A DNA stretch of 47,697 bases from Bacteroidales bacterium (GTDB taxonomy: Bacteria > Bacteroidota > Bacteroidia > Bacteroidales > CAIWKO01): positions 1 through 47,697 of the forward strand of contig DAOORA010000032.1 of NCBI GenBank assembly GCA_035389045.1, given 5' to 3'. Below the pieces are notes generated by a model, which did no database searches, was not told the origin of the DNA, and was given only the letters and a program-made list of their open reading frames with translations. Within the stretch, counting starts at the first letter, position 1. Every line of letters starts with the position of its first letter. Below are positions 39,960-47,697 of this stretch, piece after piece. A program made the translations under genes and the position numbers.

Positions 39960-41407
39960 CAGAAACCCGGTTTGAACTGAAAAAAAGTCTCAGGCTTATT
40001 GATTCAACAGCTTTAGTGGCAGGTTCCATGATCGGTTCGGGAATATTTATTGTCAGCGCTGATATGTCGCGGCAATTGGGTTCACCCGGATGGTTGCTTG
40101 TTACCTGGGTCATCACGGGAATCATGACACTGATTGCGGCATTGAGCTATGGCGAACTAGCAGGGATGATGCCTAAAGCAGGGGGACAGTATGTATACCT
40201 TCGCGAAGCCTATAATCCGCTAACCGGTTTTTTATATGGCTGGACCCTGTTTCTTGTGATACAAACCGGAACCATAGCTGCTGTGGCGATGGCATTCGCC
40301 AAATTTACCGGGGTACTGATACCCTGGGTATCAGAAAAAAATATCTGGCTTGATCTTGGTTTTGTAAAATTTAACACCGTACATATTATTGCCATAGGTT
40401 CATTGATTTTCATTACATGGATGAATTCAAAAGGAATCAAAACCGGTAAAATCGTCCAGAACTCATTTACGTTTACCAAGGTCGGCCTGCTCATCGCATT
40501 TATTGTTGTCGGTTTGATCATATTTCATGGTAATGGCGCATTTACGATTAACAAATCGATCTTTTGGGAAGCCCGGTCGGTGGACGAACACGGGTATACT
40601 ACCTTGCTCTCGGGTTTTGCCCTGGTGGCTGTTATCGGCACTTCCATGGTGGGATCATTGTTTTCTTCCGATGCCTGGAATAACATCACTTTTACGGCAG
40701 GGGAAATAATCAACCCGAGGCGCAACATTCCGCTGAGCCTTTTTTTCGGAACGTTGATCGTGACCATCATTTACCTGCTGATGAATTTTGTTTATATATA
40801 TGCATTGCCTTTGCGGGGTGACCCTGCAGCCTCTGATGTAATGGGCCAGGGAATGCAATTTGCGGTCAACGACCGCCTAGGTACGGCATCAATGTCCATG
40901 CTTCTGGGAGGATCAGCATCTTTGGTGATGGCAGTACTGGTCATGATTTCTACCTTTGGTTGTAACAATGGGTTGATACTTTCTGGTGCGAGGGTATATT
41001 ATGCCATGGCTCAGGACGGATTGTTCTTTAAAGGTGCCGGTAAAATCAATAAATCAGGCGTGCCCTCAATTAGTCTGTGGGTGCAGTGTCTGTGGGCAGG
41101 GTTGCTTTGCCTGACCGGGACATATTCCAATCTGCTTGATTATGTTATATTTTCTGTTCTGATATTTTATATCCTGACCATTATTGCAGTATTTATACTT
41201 CGAATCAAACAACCCGGCGCTGCGCGACCTTATAAAGCATTCGGATACCCGCTGTTACCGGCATTATATGTGGCGGCTGCCTTGTTTATAATGATACTGC
41301 TGTTGATCTATAAACCACTGTATACATGGCCAGGGCTGATTATAGTCTGCATAGGTTTCCCTGTATATTATTTCTGGAAAAAAGATAAACCCCAAAAAAT
41401 TGAATAA
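39956..41407 (+). CDS. APC-family amino acid permease
   Basis: GSMIGSGIF, ELAGMMPKAGGQYVYL, DAWNN, ARVYYAMA.DG, RPYKA.GYP. Confidence 0.92.
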   Translation: MTETRFELKKSLRLIDSTALVAGSMIGSGIFIVSADMSRQLGSPGWLLVTWVITGIMTLIAALSYGELAGMMPKAGGQYVYLREAYNPLTGFLYGWTLFLVIQTGTIAAVAMAFAKFTGVLIPWVSEKNIWLDLGFVKFNTVHIIAIGSLIFITWMNSKGIKTGKIVQNSFTFTKVGLLIAFIVVGLIIFHGNGAFTINKSIFWEARSVDEHGYTTLLSGFALVAVIGTSMVGSLFSSDAWNNITFTAGEIINPRRNIPLSLFFGTLIVTIIYLLMNFVYIYALPLRGDPAASDVMGQGMQFAVNDRLGTASMSMLLGGSASLVMAVLVMISTFGCNNGLILSGARVYYAMAQDGLFFKGAGKINKSGVPSISLWVQCLWAGLLCLTGTYSNLLDYVIFSVLIFYILTIIAVFILRIKQPGAARPYKAFGYPLLPALYVAAALFIMILLLIYKPLYTWPGLIIVCIGFPVYYFWKKDKPQKIE

Positions 41408-42269
41408 AAACTTAGTATTTTTTGTTTCCGACCTTCATGGTAAGGAGTGCCGGTATGAAAAACTTTTCAGCGCCATATTTTCTGAAAAGCCCGGACTGGT
41501 GCTGGTAGGAGGGGATATGCTTCCGTCGGGTATTGTAAGAAACATATTGAAGAACACCGAACATTTTGATTTTGTACGATCCTATATAAAACCAAGTCTG
41601 GAGCAACTCAGGCAAAATCTTGAGGACGAATATCCGTATTTCTGCGTGATTCTTGGTAATGATGATCCCCGTTCGGAGGAACCATCGCTGATAGAGCTTG
41701 AGAAATCCGGATTATGGCATTATATTCATTTCCGGCAAGTTCAGTACGGCTGTTATACCATTTGCGGGTATTCATATGTACCGCCGACACCATTCCGGCT
41801 TAAAGACTGGGAACGTTATGATGTTTCGCGTTATGTAGATCCAGGTTGCTCAGCGCCGGATGAGGGTATCAGAACGGTACCCATTTCCGATGATGAAGCG
41901 ATATATTCCACCATAATGAAGGATATTGCATTGTTGACCATGGATGTCGATATGCAAAAAGCGATCATGCTGTTTCATGCTCCTCCGTATAATTCATACC
42001 TGGACAGGGCAGCACTGGACGGAATAAAGGTTGACCATGTTCCTCTGGATGTACATATCGGAAGTATTGCTATTCAGCGTTTCATTGAAGAAAAACAACC
42101 GTGGATAACTCTGCATGGCCATGTTCACGAATCATCAAAACTAACAGGGTACTGGCGGCAGTCTTTTAATAAAACAAATTCTTTTTCAGCCGCATACGAC
42201 GGAGAAGAATTAGCATTGGTAAAAATCGACCTTGATAACCCTGAAAACGCATGCAGGGTGTTGATTTGA
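41400..42269 (+). CDS. Calcineurin-like metallophosphoesterase
   Basis: SDLHG, GGD, GNDD, FHAPP and HGHVHE metal-binding motifs. TTG start overlaps the permease stop. Confidence 0.88.
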   Translation: MNKNLVFFVSDLHGKECRYEKLFSAIFSEKPGLVLVGGDMLPSGIVRNILKNTEHFDFVRSYIKPSLEQLRQNLEDEYPYFCVILGNDDPRSEEPSLIELEKSGLWHYIHFRQVQYGCYTICGYSYVPPTPFRLKDWERYDVSRYVDPGCSAPDEGIRTVPISDDEAIYSTIMKDIALLTMDVDMQKAIMLFHAPPYNSYLDRAALDGIKVDHVPLDVHIGSIAIQRFIEEKQPWITLHGHVHESSKLTGYWRQSFNKTNSFSAAYDGEELALVKIDLDNPENACRVLI

Positions 42270-42437
42270 CAGTGCTGAACCATAAATATTAAAATATTCT
42301 AATATTTTATTTGGCAATTGTCTCCAAAAGTTTCTCACATCAGTGCTCATCGGTAATATTTTTATCAGGAAAACGAAAAAATATTCTAAGGATGTCTTAT
42401 TCAAAAAATTTGTTACTTTGTGTAATATAGGATTTTT

Positions 42438-45404
42438 ATGAAACTGCTTAAAAAAGTATTCGACACAAGCAAATATTATTATCAGGACAGGTCATTCATG
42501 CTCTTGATGCAGAAGCGAATTTATCATGTATTACTGGTTTGCAGCACCTACGATGCATTTATGCTGGAAGAGGACGGACGCATTGATGAACAGATTTTTA
42601 ATGAATACATGACCTTAAATTTACGTTATCCGCCCCGCTTTTTGATAGCTTCAACTCATGAAGAAGCCATAAATTACCTTCAAACCGAAACTATTGACCT
42701 GATTATCACCATGTTAAGTGTCACTGATCCGCTTGAACTTTCCAAAAAGATCAAGGCCCATTACCCTTCAAAACCTGTTGTTGTGCTGTTCCCTTTTTCG
42801 CGCGAGATCACTGAAATATACACTGAAAAGGACTTGTCAATATATGATTACCGGTTTTGCTGGTTAGGAAATGCAGATATTCTTTTAGCGATTATCAAAC
42901 TGATTGAGGACAAGATGAATGTCTCTCATGACGTTGAACAGGTGGGTGTTCAGACTATTTTACTGGTGGAAGATTCCACACGTTTTTATTCAAGTTATTT
43001 ACCGATATTATATAAAATTATTTTCCAGCAGTCGCTTGAGTTTATGACCGAAGGGCTTAATGAACATCAGAAAATGATCAGGATGCGCGGCCGTCCAAAA
43101 ATTCTGCTTGCAAAGAATTTTGAAGAGGCAGAATACTTTTATTCTACATTTAAAAACAACCTGCTCGGTATCATCACCGATATGTCGTTTTCGAAAAACA
43201 ATGTCATTGATCCCGAAGCAGGCGTGAAGATATGCAGGATGGCCAAAAATGATGATGTAACATTACCCATCCTTATTCAATCTTCAGACGATAAACATTA
43301 TTATACAGCTCAGGACTTAAATGCTAAATTTTTAAATAAAAACTCTAAAGCGCTCTCCATTGAACTTCGTGATTTTATTAACGAATATATGGTTTTTGGA
43401 GATTTTATCTTCAGGAATCCTGTGACAGGAGAGGAAATATCCAGAGCCACAGACCTGCAATCGGTTCAGCAAAAGATCTTTGAAATCCCTGATGAATCAT
43501 TAAAATATCATTTTGAACGGAACCATTTTTCAAAATGGCTGAATGCCAGGGCGTTATTTACATTGGGTGAAATATTTAAACCGGCACGGCTCGAAGATTT
43601 TGAAAGTATGGAAGAAACCAAGCATTATCTTTTTGATAATATAGCCAGTTACCGCATGAACAAATCAAGAGGTATTGTTGCTGAATTTGTAAGAGATAGT
43701 TTCGATGAGTATATCTTTTTTGCGCGTACCGGTAAAGGGTCGCTTGGCGGAAAGGCGAGGGGGCTGGCCTTTATTGATTCACTGATCAAACGCAACCGCA
43801 TTCTCGACATGTTTGATAATGTAATTATTACTATTCCGCGTACCGTCGTGCTTACTACTGATGTTTTTGACGAGTTCATGGAACAAAACAAGTTATATAA
43901 GACCGGGTTATCGGATATGACCGATGAAGAGATACTGAAAGAATTTGTAAAAGCCCGTCTGCCTTTCAGGATACATGAAGACCTCGTTGCATTCATCAAT
44001 GTGGTGAAAAACCCTATTGCAATCCGCTCGTCGAGTCTACTGGAGGATTCTTATTATCAGCCTTTTGCCGGAATTTATTCTACTTATATGATCCCTAAAG
44101 TTGCCGATGAACGCAAAATGATCGAAATGCTGAGTTGTTCAATAAAATCGGTTTTTGCTTCGGTATTTTTCAAAGCCAGTAAAGCCTATATGACCTCGAC
44201 GTCCAATGTTATTGACCAGGAGAAAATGGCTATTATATTGCAGGAAGTGTGTGGAAACCGTTATGAAAACATCTTTTATCCTACCTTTTCCGGAGTGGCG
44301 CGTTCTATTAATTTTTACCCGATTCATCCTGAAAAGAGCGAGGATGGAGTAGTCAATATTGCTTTCGGATTGGGTAAGTATATCGTTGAAGGAGGTACCT
44401 CACTGAGGTTTTCACCTTATTATCCCAAAAATATACTTCAGCTGTCATCTGCCGAGATAGCCTTGAAAGAAACACAAAACAAGTTCAATGCACTCGATCT
44501 TAATCCTGAGAGTTTTAAACCTTCGATAGATGATGGCGTAAATATTCTTAAACTGCCGGTCAGCAGCGTGGTCAATGATGTGTCGTTGCGTTATGTATCA
44601 TCAATATATGATTATAATAATAGTGTCCTCCGGGATACTTATGACCCGAAGGGTAAAAAAGTGATCACATTCTCTAAAATACTGAATTATAACACGTTTC
44701 CTTTGTCAGATATTCTCAAAACGCTATTAGAAACCGGTCAGCGTGAGATGAATAACCCCGTGGAAATAGAGTTTGCAGTTAATCTTGACGTGCCTGAAGG
44801 ATACCCGAAGGTATTTAATTTTCTGCAGATCAGGCCCATAGTACAGAATAAGGAAGAGATAAACGAAAAACTCGAAGATGTGAACAACGATCAGGTGATC
44901 ATCAGTTCAAATATGGCGATGGGGAACGGAATATACAACAATGTATTTGATGTGGTTTACGTAAAATCTGAAACATTCAATCCATCAAAAACCAGAGATA
45001 TTGCTTCTGTTATCGAGAAATTGAACGATACCTATGTCCGGCAAAAGAAGAATTATGTGCTGATAGGCCCTGGCAGATGGGGATCAAGCGACCCATGGCT
45101 GGGAATTCCGGTAAAATGGGCACAGATATCTGCTGCACGGCTAATCATCGAATCAGGGCTCGACAGGTATCGTATTGATCCGTCACAGGGTACACATTTC
45201 TTTCACAACCTGACTTCATTCAGGGTCGGTTACTTTACCATCAATCCATTTATTAATGACGGTTATTATGATATTAATTTTTTAAATAATTCGCCTGCTT
45301 CTTTTGAAGATGAATATATCAGGGCCGTTTGCTATGAAAAACCAGTCGTTTTTAAAATTGATGGAAAAAAACAAATAGGGGTTCTTTTCAAACCAAAGAA
45401 TTGA
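42438..45404 (+). CDS. Second PEP-synthase/PPDK N-terminal (ATP-grasp) domain protein with receiver-like domains
   Basis: GSLGGKARG, PIAIRSSSLLEDS..QPFAGIY, VEIEFA, FLQIRP, GPGRWG, SQGTHFFHN. Collinear with 33194-36652 but without the N-terminal extension. Confidence 0.87.
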   Translation: MKLLKKVFDTSKYYYQDRSFMLLMQKRIYHVLLVCSTYDAFMLEEDGRIDEQIFNEYMTLNLRYPPRFLIASTHEEAINYLQTETIDLIITMLSVTDPLELSKKIKAHYPSKPVVVLFPFSREITEIYTEKDLSIYDYRFCWLGNADILLAIIKLIEDKMNVSHDVEQVGVQTILLVEDSTRFYSSYLPILYKIIFQQSLEFMTEGLNEHQKMIRMRGRPKILLAKNFEEAEYFYSTFKNNLLGIITDMSFSKNNVIDPEAGVKICRMAKNDDVTLPILIQSSDDKHYYTAQDLNAKFLNKNSKALSIELRDFINEYMVFGDFIFRNPVTGEEISRATDLQSVQQKIFEIPDESLKYHFERNHFSKWLNARALFTLGEIFKPARLEDFESMEETKHYLFDNIASYRMNKSRGIVAEFVRDSFDEYIFFARTGKGSLGGKARGLAFIDSLIKRNRILDMFDNVIITIPRTVVLTTDVFDEFMEQNKLYKTGLSDMTDEEILKEFVKARLPFRIHEDLVAFINVVKNPIAIRSSSLLEDSYYQPFAGIYSTYMIPKVADERKMIEMLSCSIKSVFASVFFKASKAYMTSTSNVIDQEKMAIILQEVCGNRYENIFYPTFSGVARSINFYPIHPEKSEDGVVNIAFGLGKYIVEGGTSLRFSPYYPKNILQLSSAEIALKETQNKFNALDLNPESFKPSIDDGVNILKLPVSSVVNDVSLRYVSSIYDYNNSVLRDTYDPKGKKVITFSKILNYNTFPLSDILKTLLETGQREMNNPVEIEFAVNLDVPEGYPKVFNFLQIRPIVQNKEEINEKLEDVNNDQVIISSNMAMGNGIYNNVFDVVYVKSETFNPSKTRDIASVIEKLNDTYVRQKKNYVLIGPGRWGSSDPWLGIPVKWAQISAARLIIESGLDRYRIDPSQGTHFFHNLTSFRVGYFTINPFINDGYYDINFLNNSPASFEDEYIRAVCYEKPVVFKIDGKKQIGVLFKPKN

Positions 45405-45549
45405 TGTTTTTTTGTTCTCGGGATAAGTATAGATTTCGCATATTTACAACATGTACCGATTTATAAGATCGTTTTTTATTTTATTGGTACGAAATAATTT
45501 TTTATCATTGATTTATTATTATTTGTACTAAAAAATATTTTTCATGTAC

Positions 45550-45583
45550 TTTGCTTTCCATCAGAAAATAATATATAATTTTG
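45550..45583 (+). promoter_or_regulatory. Bacteroidota promoter (-33 TTTG / -7 TAATTTTG) for the second gdh
   Basis: TTTG at 45550-45553 and TAATTTTG at 45576-45583. Confidence 0.55.
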
Positions 45584-45640
45584 CGCTAAAATTATTATAC
45601 GTCTCTATTACTATATTTATAAATTAAAAAAATTAATGCA

Positions 45641-46978
45641 ATGAACGTAGACAAAATTATGAACGAACTCGAGAAAAAAAATCCAGGTGAAGTGGAATAT
45701 TTACAGGCAGTTCGTGAAGTATTAGAATCAATTGAGGAAGTAGTCAATGAAAATCCTCAGTTTGAAGCAGCAGGGATCATCGACAGAATAGTTGAGCCCG
45801 ACAGAATTTTAACATTTAAAGTGCCATGGGTAGATGATAAAGGCGAAGTTCACGTAAACCGGGGATATCGTGTACAGTTTAACCAGGCTATCGGACCATA
45901 TAAAGGTGGTTTACGCTTCCACCCGAGTGTTAATCTCAGCATTTTGAAATTCTTAGGTTTTGAACAGATTTTTAAAAATAGCCTGACTACCTTACCTATG
46001 GGTGGCGCAAAAGGAGGTTCGGATTTTAATCCCAAAGGCAGATCAGATAACGAAATCATGCGTTTTTGTCAGTCATTTATGCTGGAATTATGGAAAGTTA
46101 TCGGCCCTGAAACCGATGTTCCCGCCGGAGATATTGGTGTTGGCGGAAAAGAAATAGGATACCTTTATGGCATGTACAAAAAACTTACCCACGAACATGT
46201 TGGTGTCCTGACCGGAAAAGGTTTGAACTGGGGGGGCAGTCTGATTCGTCCCGAAGCAACCGGTTTTGGGGTTGTATATTTCTGTGCTGAAATGTTGAAG
46301 ACCAAAGGTCTTGACTTCAAAGGTAAAACAGTTGCGGTATCGGGTTTTGGTAATGTTGCCTGGGGCGCTGTTACAAAAGTTAATGAATTAGGTGGTAAAG
46401 TTGTTACCCTTTCCGGTCCTGATGGATATATATATGATCCTGATGGTATTTCAGGCGAGAAAATTGAATATATGCTTGAACTCAGAGCTTCTAATCAGGA
46501 TATTGTGAAACCATATTCTTATGAGTTCCCGAATTCAAAATTTGTACAGGGAAAACACCCCTGGGAAGTAAAATGTGATATTGCATTGCCATGTGCCACT
46601 CAGAATGAGTTGAATAAGGAAGATGCTTTGAATCTGGTAAATAATGGTTGCATATGTGTAACCGAAGGTGCAAATATGCCTTCAACACCCGAAGCCATTG
46701 AGATATTCCTCGAAAAGAAGATACTCTTTTCACCGGGAAAAGCCTCTAACGCCGGCGGTGTTGCCACATCAGGACTCGAAATGAGTCAGAACTCCATGAA
46801 ATTAAGCTGGGGAAGTGACGAGGTTGATAAAAGGTTACATGAGATTATGAAGAATATTCATGCCGCTTGTGTCCAACATGGTAAAGACAGTACTGGTTTT
46901 GTTAATTATGTTAAAGGAGCCAATGTTGCCGGATTCATGAAAGTAGCACATGCTATGCTAGATCAGGGAATTTTGTAA
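45641..46978 (+). CDS. gdhB: Glutamate dehydrogenase, probably NAD(H)-type
   Basis: Core GDH motifs. GFGNVAWGA...VTLSGPDGYIYDP matches the pattern of Clostridium symbiosum NAD-GDH. Confidence 0.88.
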   Translation: MNVDKIMNELEKKNPGEVEYLQAVREVLESIEEVVNENPQFEAAGIIDRIVEPDRILTFKVPWVDDKGEVHVNRGYRVQFNQAIGPYKGGLRFHPSVNLSILKFLGFEQIFKNSLTTLPMGGAKGGSDFNPKGRSDNEIMRFCQSFMLELWKVIGPETDVPAGDIGVGGKEIGYLYGMYKKLTHEHVGVLTGKGLNWGGSLIRPEATGFGVVYFCAEMLKTKGLDFKGKTVAVSGFGNVAWGAVTKVNELGGKVVTLSGPDGYIYDPDGISGEKIEYMLELRASNQDIVKPYSYEFPNSKFVQGKHPWEVKCDIALPCATQNELNKEDALNLVNNGCICVTEGANMPSTPEAIEIFLEKKILFSPGKASNAGGVATSGLEMSQNSMKLSWGSDEVDKRLHEIMKNIHAACVQHGKDSTGFVNYVKGANVAGFMKVAHAMLDQGIL

Positions 46979-47003
46979 TAGTATTGGGGTTTAAATTCAG
47001 AAG

Positions 47004-47036
47004 AAAAGCTGTTCCGTTTTTGGAACAGCTTTTTTT
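47004..47036 (+). terminator. Intrinsic terminator of gdhB
   Basis: AAAAGCTGTTCC-GTTTTT-GGAACAGCTTTTTTT. Confidence 0.92.
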
Positions 47037-47037
47037 G

Positions 47038-47639
47038 GTATGTCGGGCATAGTTCTTTGAATCTTGCAGAGTGAAAGTCTCTGTACACGCCGAGTTGAAA
47101 GGAAGTGTTAGCGAATGGCAGGGGTGTTTACCGTGAGGTAAAATCTGAAGGAAGCCATCAGCAAATTTAGCGTTCTGACGCACAGAAACCGGATATAAGG
47201 CTGAACAGCGGAGGGTGAGCGAGCCATAGAATTGCGTACAGCCCCAAAATCAACCGTAACCGCAAACAGTAAATCAGGCAGAACCTAAAGAAAGCAAAGA
47301 ACTTTATCCCGAGAGGTCTTGAAATTTGTTCCAAAGGACTATGAATATAGCGATATATTCAAAAGAGTTTCAAGAAGTCAGCAGAGGACATAGTAATCAA
47401 CGCAGGAACAGCCAAGATGAAGGTCTGAATCTTTAAATTTAAGGAGCAGTTAGTTCAAAATTCAATTTATGAAGCAGCAGCAAGCAATAGTTTACCAATT
47501 AGATTTGTTTAGTCAAACGAAAGAGGAAGCTATTCTCCCATCAGAAGACTGTGAAACCGTAAGTGGAGCAGAAGCAAGAAAGGAGTTGCAAGTAAAAGGA
47601 GCAGGCGAACAGAAACGAGCCTTAACAGGAAACGGTTAA
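47038..47639 (+). mobile_element. Class IIC group II intron, 5' part (domains I-III and start of IV), apparently truncated or interrupted
   Basis: Begins GTATGTCGGGCATAG right after the terminator. Contains GTGAAAGTC, GTTAGC, GGGTGT...AATCTGAAGGAAGC, GAGGTCT and domain III AAGTCAGCAGAGGACATAGTA...GAAGGTCTGAA, the same motif order as the O. iheyensis-type IIC ribozyme. Confidence 0.85.
47469..47639 (+). pseudogene. N-terminal fragment of the intron-encoded reverse transcriptase/maturase
   Basis: 56-aa ORF MKQQQAIVYQLDLF...EQKRALTGNG* at the position expected for the IEP start. It stops before any RT motif, and no RT-like continuation is seen in the other frames. Confidence 0.6.
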
Positions 47640-47697
47640 ACAATTTAACCCACATTGCAGCCTTAAATGTTAATTTTGGGTTTTCCCATGTTGAAAA

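Noticed and set aside
42280..42390. Repeated AATATT hexamers upstream of the second PEP-synthase-like gene
   Set aside because: Expected by chance in very AT-rich intergenic DNA.
33194..45404. Naming the two large proteins ppsA/ppdK
   Set aside because: They lack the C-terminal PEP/pyruvate-binding barrel and the canonical TSH motif, and they carry receiver-like domains.
45453..45549. Four GTAC motifs upstream of gdhB as operator sites
   Set aside because: The core is only 4 bp with irregular spacing (34, 38, 21), which cannot be distinguished from chance without orthologous promoters.
46953..47183. 76-aa minus-strand ORF
   Set aside because: It runs antisense through the terminator and intron domain I and is better explained as non-coding RNA.

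Overview
A 47.7 kb chromosomal segment from a Bacteroidota bacterium, probably an anaerobic Bacteroidales-like lineage. The assignment rests on a T9SS C-terminal sorting domain, TAnnTTTG promoters and the rnfBCDGEA gene order. From left to right it holds: (1) a minus-strand aroK-led gene run followed by a secreted 14-blade YCF48/BNR protein; (2) an 11-gene Wzx/Wzy-type surface polysaccharide locus; (3) rseC divergent from a DHODH-like gene plus rnfB-CDGEA, with a four-helix-bundle gene between rnfB and rnfC that is bracketed by two mutually inverted 7-bp-period repeat arrays; (4) two tandem NhaD/ArsB-type transporter paralogs interleaved with small leader-like ORFs; (5) a ~15 kb glutamate dehydrogenase locus in which an NADP-type and an NAD-type GDH each sit beside a receiver-domain/PEP-synthase-like ATP-grasp protein, enclosing a standalone nucleotidyltransferase, two amino-acid transporters and a metallophosphoesterase; (6) the 5' half of a class IIC group II intron just after the last terminator, with a broken RT ORF. 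The best candidates for undescribed systems are the heptamer-flanked four-helix-bundle cassette and the putative GDH-linked signalling/modification module. All family calls come from motif recognition by eye; no database searches were run.
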